Shown here in pieces: positions 55,201-64,000 of a stretch of 64,000 bases of DNA. Source of the stretch: Eledone cirrhosa (Eukaryota); contig OZ024741.1 of assembly GCA_964016885.1 (NCBI GenBank), forward strand, positions 5,146,001-5,210,000. Reading direction: 5' to 3'. The notes under the pieces are model-generated. The model saw nothing but the letters and a program-made list of their open reading frames with translations, searched no databases and was not told where the DNA came from. Both the position numbers and the translations under genes were made by a program. Each line of letters opens with the position of its first letter. Position 1 is the first letter of the stretch.

Positions 55201-58200
55201 AACAATATATACATATAATAAATTCAACTAACAACTGCTAGGAACCTCACAACTATATATACATATAATAAATACAATTAACAACTGCTAGGAACCTCAC
55301 AACTATATATACATATAATAAATACAACTAATAACTGCTAGGACCCTCACAACTAGATATACATATAATAAATAAAACTAACAACTGCTAGGAGCCTCAC
55401 AACTATATATAAATATAATAAATACTACTAACAACTGCTAGGAACCTCACAACTATATATACATATAATAAATACAACTAACAACTGCTGGGAACCTCAC
55501 AACTATATATACATATAATACAACTAACAACTGCTAGGAACCTACCAAATATAAATACAGATAATAAATACAACTAACAACTGCAAGGAACGTCACAACT
55601 ATAAATACATATAATAAATACAACTAACAACTGCTAGGAACCTCAGAACTATATATACATATAATAAATACAACTAACAACTGCTAGGAACCTCCCAACT
55701 ATAAATACATGTAATAAATACAACTAACAACTGCTAGGACCCTCACAACTAGATATACATATAATAAATAAAACTAACAAGTGCTAGGAGCCTCACAACT
55801 ATAAATACATATAATAAATACAACTAACAACTGCTAGGAACCTCAGAACTATATATACATATAATAAATACAACTAACAACTGCTAGGAACATCCCAACT
55901 ATAAATACAGATAATAAATACAACTAACAACTGCAAGGAACCTCACAACTATAAATACATATAATAAATACAACAAACAACTGCTAGGAACCTCACAACT
56001 ATATATACATATAATAAATACAACTAACAACTGCTAGGAACCTCACAACTATATATACATATAATAAATACAAATAACAACTGCTAGGAGCCTCACAACT
56101 ATATATACATATAATAAATACAACTAACAACTGCTAGGACCCTCACAACTAGATATACATATAATAAATAAAACTAACAACTGCTAGGAGCCTCACAACT
56201 ATATATACATATAATAAATACTACTAACAACTGCTAGGAACCTCACAACTATATATACATATAATAAATACGACTAACAACAGCTAGGAACCTCACAACT
56301 ATATATACATATAATAAATACAACTAACAACTGCTACGAACCTCACAAGTATATATACATATAATAAATACAACTAACAACTGCTAGGAACCTCAGAACT
56401 ATATATACATATAATAAATACAACTAACAACTGCTAGGAACCTCACAACTATATATACATATAATAAATACAACTAACAACTGCTACGAACCTCACAAGT
56501 ATATATAGATATAATAAATACAACTAACAACTGCTAGGAACCTCACAACTATATATACATATAATAAATACAACAAACAACTGCTAAGAACCTCACAACT
56601 ATATATACATATAATAAATACAACTAACAACTGCTACGAACCTCACAACTATATATACATATAATAAATACAACTAACAACTGCTAGGAACCTCACAACT
56701 ATATATACATATAATAAATACAACTAACAACTGCTAGGAACCTCACAACTATATATACATATAATAAATACAACAAACAACTGCTAGGAACCTCACAACT
56801 ATAAATACAGATAATAAATACAACTAACAACTGCTAGGACCCTCACAACTATAAATACATATAATAAATACAACTAACAACTCCTAGGAACCTCAGAACT
56901 ATATATATATATATATAATAAATACAACTAACAACTGCTAGGAACCTCACAACTATAAATTCATGTAATAAAAACAACTAACAACTGCTAGGAACCTCAG
57001 AACTATATATACATATAATAAATACAACTAACAACTGCTAGGAACCTCACAACTATATATGCATATAATAAATACAACTAACAACTACTAGGAACCTCAC
57101 AACTATATATACATATAATAAATACAACAAACAACTGCTAGGAACCTCACAACTATAAATACAGATAATAAATACAACTAACAACTGCTAGGAACCTCAC
57201 AACTATAAATACATATAATAACTACAAATAACAACTGCTAGGAATCTCAGAACTATATATACATATAATAAATACAACTAACAACTGCTAGGAACTTCAC
57301 AACTATATATACATATAATAACTACAAATAACAACTGCTAGGAATCTCAGAACTATATATACATATAATAAATACAACTAACAACTACTAGGAACCTCAC
57401 AACTATAAATACATATAATAACTACAAATAACAACTGCTAGGAATCTCAGAACTATATATACATATAATAAATACAACTAACAACTGCTAGGAACCTCAC
57501 AACTATAAATACATATAATAACTACAAATAACAACTGCTAGGAATCTCAGAACTATATATATATATAATAAATACAACTAACAACTGCTAGGAACTTCAC
57601 AACTATATATACATATAATAAATACAACTAACAACTGCTAGGAACCTCACAACTATAAATAAAGATAATAAATACAACTAACAATTGCTAGGATCCTCAC
57701 AACTATATATACATATAATAAATACAACTAACAACTGCTAGGAGCCTCACAACTATATATACATATAATAAATACAACTAACAACTGCTAGGGACCTCAC
57801 AACTATATATACATATAATAAATACAACTAACAACTGCTGGGAACCTCACAACTATATATACATATAATAAATACAACTAACAACTGCTAGGAACCTCCC
57901 AACTATAAATACAGATAATAAATACAACTAACAACTGCAAGGAACCTCACAACTATATATACATATAATAAATACAACAAACAACTGCTAGTAACCTCAC
58001 AACTATATATACATATAATAAATACAACTAACAACTGCTAGGAACCTCACAACAATATATACATATAATAAATACATCTAACAACTGCTAGGAGCCTCAC
58101 AACTATATATACATATAATAAATACAACTAACAACTGCTACGACCCTCAAAACTAGATATACTTATAATAAATAAAACTAACAACTGGTAGGAGCCTCAC

Positions 58201-61200
58201 AACTATAAATACATATAATAAATACAACTAACAACGGCTAGGAAACTCCCAACTATATATATACATATAATAAATACAACTAACAACTGCTACGAACCTC
58301 ATAAGTATATATACATATAGTAATTACAACTAACAAATGCTAGGAACCTCACAACTATATATACATATAATAAATACAACTAACAACTTCTAGGAACCTC
58401 CCAACTATAAATAAAGATAATAAATACAACTAACAACTGCTAGGAACCTCACAACAATATATACATATAATAAATTCAACTAACAACTGCTAGGAACCTC
58501 ACAACTATATATACATATAATAAATACAATTAACAACTGCTAGGAACCTCACAACTATATATACATATAATAAATACAACTAATAACTGCTAGGACCCTC
58601 ACAACTAGATATACATATAATAAATAAAACTAACAACTGCTAGGAGCCTCACAACTATATATAAATATAATAAATACTACTAACAACTGCTAGGACCCTC
58701 ACAACTATATATACATATAATAAATACAACTAACAACTGCTGGGAACCTCACAACTATATATACATATAATACAACTAACAACTGCTAGGAACCTACCAA
58801 ATATAAATACAGATAATAAATACAACTAACAACTGCAAGGAACCTCACAACTATAAATACATATAATAAATACAACTAACAACTGCTAGGAACCTCAGAA
58901 CTATATATACATATAATAAATACAACTAACAACTGCTAGGAACCTCCCAACTATAAATACATGTAATAAATACAACTAACAACTGCTAGGACCCTCACAA
59001 CTAGATATACATATAATAAATAAAACTAACAACTGCTAGGAGCCTCACAACTATAAATACATATAATAAATACAACAAACAACTGCTAGGAACCTAACAA
59101 CTATATATACATATAATAAATACAACTAACAACTGCTAGGAACCTCACAACTATATATACATATAATAAATACAAATAACAACTGCTAGGAGCCTCACAA
59201 CTATATATATACATATAATAAATACAACTAACAACTGCTAGGACCCTCACAACTAGATATACATATAATAAATAAAACTAACAACTGCTAGGAGCCTCAC
59301 AACTATATATACATATAATAAATACGACTAACAACAGCTAGGAACCTCACAACTATATATACATATAATAAATACAACTAACAACTGCTACGAACCTCAC
59401 AAGTATATATACATATAATAAATACAACTAACAACTGCTAGGAACCTCAGAACTATATATACATATAATAAATACAACTAACAACTGCTAGGAACCTCAC
59501 AACTATATATACATATAATAAATACAACTAACAACTGCTACGAACCTCACAAGTATATATAGATATAATAAATACAACTAACAACTGCTAGGAACCTCAC
59601 AACTATATATACATATAATAAATACAACAAACAACTGCTAGGAACCTCACAACTATATATACATATAAGAAATACAACTAACAACTGCTACGAACCTCAC
59701 AACTATATATACATATAATAAATACAACTAACAACTGCTAGGAACCTCACAACTATATATACATATAATAAATACAACTAACAACTGCTAGGAACCTCAC
59801 AACTATATATACATATAATAAATACAACAAACAACTGCTAGGAACCTCACAACTATATATACATATAATAAATACAACAAACAACTGCTAGGAACCTCAC
59901 AACTATAAATACATATAATAAATACAACAAACAACTGCTAGGAACCTCACAACTATATATACATATAATAAATACAACTAACAACTGCTAGGAACCTCAC
60001 AACTATATATACATATAATAAATACAAATAACAACTGCTAGGAGCCTCACAACTATATATACATATAATAAATACAACTAACAACTGCTAGGACCCTCAC
60101 AATTAGATATACATATAATAAATAAAACTAACAACTGCTAGGAGCCTCACAACTATATATACATATAATAAATACTACTAACAACTGCTAGGAACCTCAC
60201 AACTATATATACATATAATAAATACGACTAACAACAGCTAGGAACCTCACAACTATATATACATATAATAAATACAACTAACAACTGCTACGAACCTCAC
60301 AAGTATATATACATATAATAAATACAACTAACAACTGCTAGGAACCTCAGAACTATATATACATATAATAAATACAACTAACAACTGCTAGGAACCTCAC
60401 AACTATATATACATATAATAAATACAACTAACAACTGCTACGAACCTCACAAGTATATATAGATATAATAAATACAACTAACAACTGCTAGGAACCTCAC
60501 AACTATATATACATATAATAAATACAACAAACAACTGCTAGGAACCTCACAACTATATATACATATAATAAATACAACTAACAACTGCTACGAACCTCAC
60601 AACTATATATACATATAATAAATACAACTAACAACTGCTAGGAACCTCACAACTATATATACATATAATAAATACAACTAACAACTGCTAGGAACCTCAC
60701 AACTATATATACATATAATAAATACAACAAACAACTGCTAGGAACCTCACAACTATAAATACAGATAATAAATACAACTAACAACTGCTAGGACCCTCAC
60801 AACTATAAATACATATAATAAATACAACTAACAACTCCTAGGAACCTCAGAACGATATATATATATATATATATAATAAATACAACTAACAACTGCTATG
60901 AACTTCACAACTATATATACATATAATAAATACAACTAACAACTGCTAGGAACCTCACAACTATAAATAAAGATAATAAATACAACTAACAATTGCTAGG
61001 ATCCTCACAACTATATATACATATAATAAATACAACTAACAACTGCTGGGAACCTCACAACTATATATACATATAATACAACTAACAACTGCTAGGAACC
61101 TACCAAATATAAATACAGATAATAAATACAACTAACAACTGCAAGGAACGTCACAACTATAAATACATATAATAAATACAACTAACAACTGCTAGGAACC

Positions 61201-64000
61201 TCAGAACTATATATACATATAATAAATACAACTAACAACTGCTAGGAACCTCCCAACTATAAATACATGTAATAAATACAACTAACAACTGCTAGGACCC
61301 TCACAACTAGATATACATATAATAAATAAAACTAACAAGTGCTAGGAGCCTCACAACTATAAATACATATAATAAATACAACTAACAACTGCTAGGAACC
61401 TCAGAACTATATATACATATAATAAATACAACTAACAACTGCTAGGAACATCCCAACTATAAATACAGATAATAAATACAACTAACAACTGCAAGGAACC
61501 TCACAACTATAAATACATATAATAAATACAACAAACAACTGCTAGGAACCTCACAACTATATATACATATAATAAATACAACTAACAACTGCTAGGAACC
61601 TCACAACTATATATACATATAATAAATACAAATAACAACTGCTAGGAGCCTCACAACTATATATACATATAATAAATACAACTAACAACTGCTAGGACCC
61701 TCACAACTAGATATACATATAATAAATAAAACTAACAACTGCTAGGAGCCTCACAACTATATATACATATAATAAATACTACTAACAACTGCTAGGAACC
61801 TCACAACTATATATACATATAATAAATACGACTAACAACAGCTAGGAACCTCACAACTATATATACATATAATAAATACAACTAACAACTGCTACGAACC
61901 TCACAAGTATATATACATATAATAAATACAACTAACAACTGCTAGGAACCTCAGAACTATATATACATATAATAAATACAACTAACAACTGCTAGGAACC
62001 TCACAACTATATATACATATAATAAATACAACTAACAACTGCTACGAACCTCACAAGTATATATAGATATAATAAATACAACTAACAACTGCTAGGAACC
62101 TCACAACTATATATACATATAATAAATACAACAAACAACTGCTAAGAACCTCACAACTATATATACATATAATAAATACAACTAACAACTGCTACGAACC
62201 TCACAACTATATATACATATAATAAATACAACTAACAACTGCTAGGAACCTCACAACTATATATACATATAATAAATACAACTAACAACTGCTAGGAACC
62301 TCACAACTATATATACATATAATAAATACAACAAACAACTGCTAGGAACCTCACAACTATAAATACAGATAATAAATACAACTAACAACTGCTAGGACCC
62401 TCACAACTATAAATACATATAATAAATACAACTAACAACTCCTAGGAACCTCAGAACTATATATATATATATATAATAAATACAACTAACAACTGCTAGG
62501 AACCTCACAACTATAAATTCATGTAATAAAAACAACTAACAACTGCTAGGAACCTCAGAACTATATATACATATAATAAATACAACTAACAACTGCTAGG
62601 AACCTCACAACTATATATGCATATAATAAATACAACTAACAACTACTAGGAACCTCACAACTATATATACATATAATAAATACAACAAACAACTGCTAGG
62701 AACCTCACAACTATAAATACAGATAATAAATACAACTAACAACTGCTAGGAACCTCACAACTATAAATACATATAATAACTACAAATAACAACTGCTAGG
62801 AATCTCAGAACTATATATACATATAATAAATACAACTAACAACTGCTAGGAACTTCACAACTATATATACATATAATAACTACAAATAACAACTGCTAGG
62901 AATCTCAGAACTATATATACATATAATAAATACAACTAACAACTACTAGGAACCTCACAACTATAAATACATATAATAACTACAAATAACAACTGCTAGG
63001 AATCTCAGAACTATATATACATATAATAAATACAACTAACAACTGCTAGGAACCTCACAACTATAAATACATATAATAACTACAAATAACAACTGCTAGG
63101 AATCTCAGAACTATATATATATATAATAAATACAACTAACAACTGCTAGGAACTTCACAACTATATATACATATAATAAATACAACTAACAACTGCTAGG
63201 AACCTCACAACTATAAATAAAGATAATAAATACAACTAACAATTGCTAGGATCCTCACAACTATATATACATATAATAAATACAACTAACAACTGCTAGG
63301 AGCCTCACAACTATATATACATATAATAAATACAACTAACAACTGCTAGGGACCTCACAACTATATATACATATAATAAATACAACTAACAACTGCTGGG
63401 AACCTCACAACTATATATACATATAATAAATACAACTAACAACTGCTAGGAACCTCCCAACTATAAATACAGATAATAAATACAACTAACAACTGCAAGG
63501 AACCTCACAACTATATATACATATAATAAATACAACAAACAACTGCTAGTAACCTCACAACTATATATACATATAATAAATACAACTAACAACTGCTAGG
63601 AACCTCACAACAATATATACATATAATAAATACATCTAACAACTGCTAGGAGCCTCACAACTATATATACATATAATAAATACAACTAACAACTGCTACG
63701 ACCCTCAAAACTAGATATACTTATAATAAATAAAACTAACAACTGGTAGGAGCCTCACAACTATAAATACATATAATAAATACAACTAACAACGGCTAGG
63801 AAACTCCCAACTATATATATACATATAATAAATACAACTAACAACTGCTACGAACCTCATAAGTATATATACATATAGTAATTACAACTAACAAATGCTA
63901 GGAACCTCACAACTATATATACATATAATAAATACAACTAACAACTTCTAGGAACCTCCCAACTATAAATAAAGATAATAAATACAAGTAACAACTGCTA
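34246..64000 (+). repeat. 50-bp AT-rich tandem satellite, roughly 590 copies, with kb-scale higher-order repeats; runs past the window end
   Basis: Consensus AAATACAACTAACAACTGCTAGGAACCTCACAACTATATATACATATAAT, with a variable internal (TA)n. Confidence 0.98.

Noticed and set aside
7797-64000. Tandem arrays as CRISPR arrays
   Set aside because: Monomers are head-to-tail with no unique spacers, no cas genes are present, and the context is eukaryotic.
34246-64000. Telomeric repeat or coding repeat (ORF 46125..46307)
   Set aside because: No TTAGGG-type units, and the ORF is a chance stop-free run in the satellite.

Overview
Eukaryotic, repeat-dominated window with no intact host gene. It is probably from a mollusc or cephalopod; this is inferred from the SINE/LINE types and a C2H2-ZNF remnant, not proven. 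1-756 is the 3' end of an R4/Dong-type (RLE) non-LTR retrotransposon with an (AAT)n tail. 757-6771 is a full-length, frameshifted Tx1/L1-group LINE on the minus strand, inserted inside that (AAT)n tract. 6772-7292 is a long foldback. A CR1-type LINE fragment then runs directly into a 22-kb composite satellite block (61-bp, 11-bp and 41-bp arrays). A 4.4-kb island follows, with foldbacks, SINE ends, microsatellites and a decayed zinc-finger fragment. A 50-bp satellite with higher-order repeats fills the last ~30 kb. Three things stand out. (1) Four unrelated minimal type-I hammerhead ribozyme motifs (Penelope-like pLTR style) lie in or beside the foldbacks; three have enlarged, branched helix II and two share a CCGANGA core. 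(2) The 61-bp and 41-bp satellites appear to be amplified pieces of the ORF2 C-termini of CR1 and RTE LINEs, and the block is bracketed by inward-facing CR1 fragments that break at nearly the same position. (3) Three retroelement classes are stacked on one AAT microsatellite. All family assignments come from motif recognition by eye and need database confirmation.
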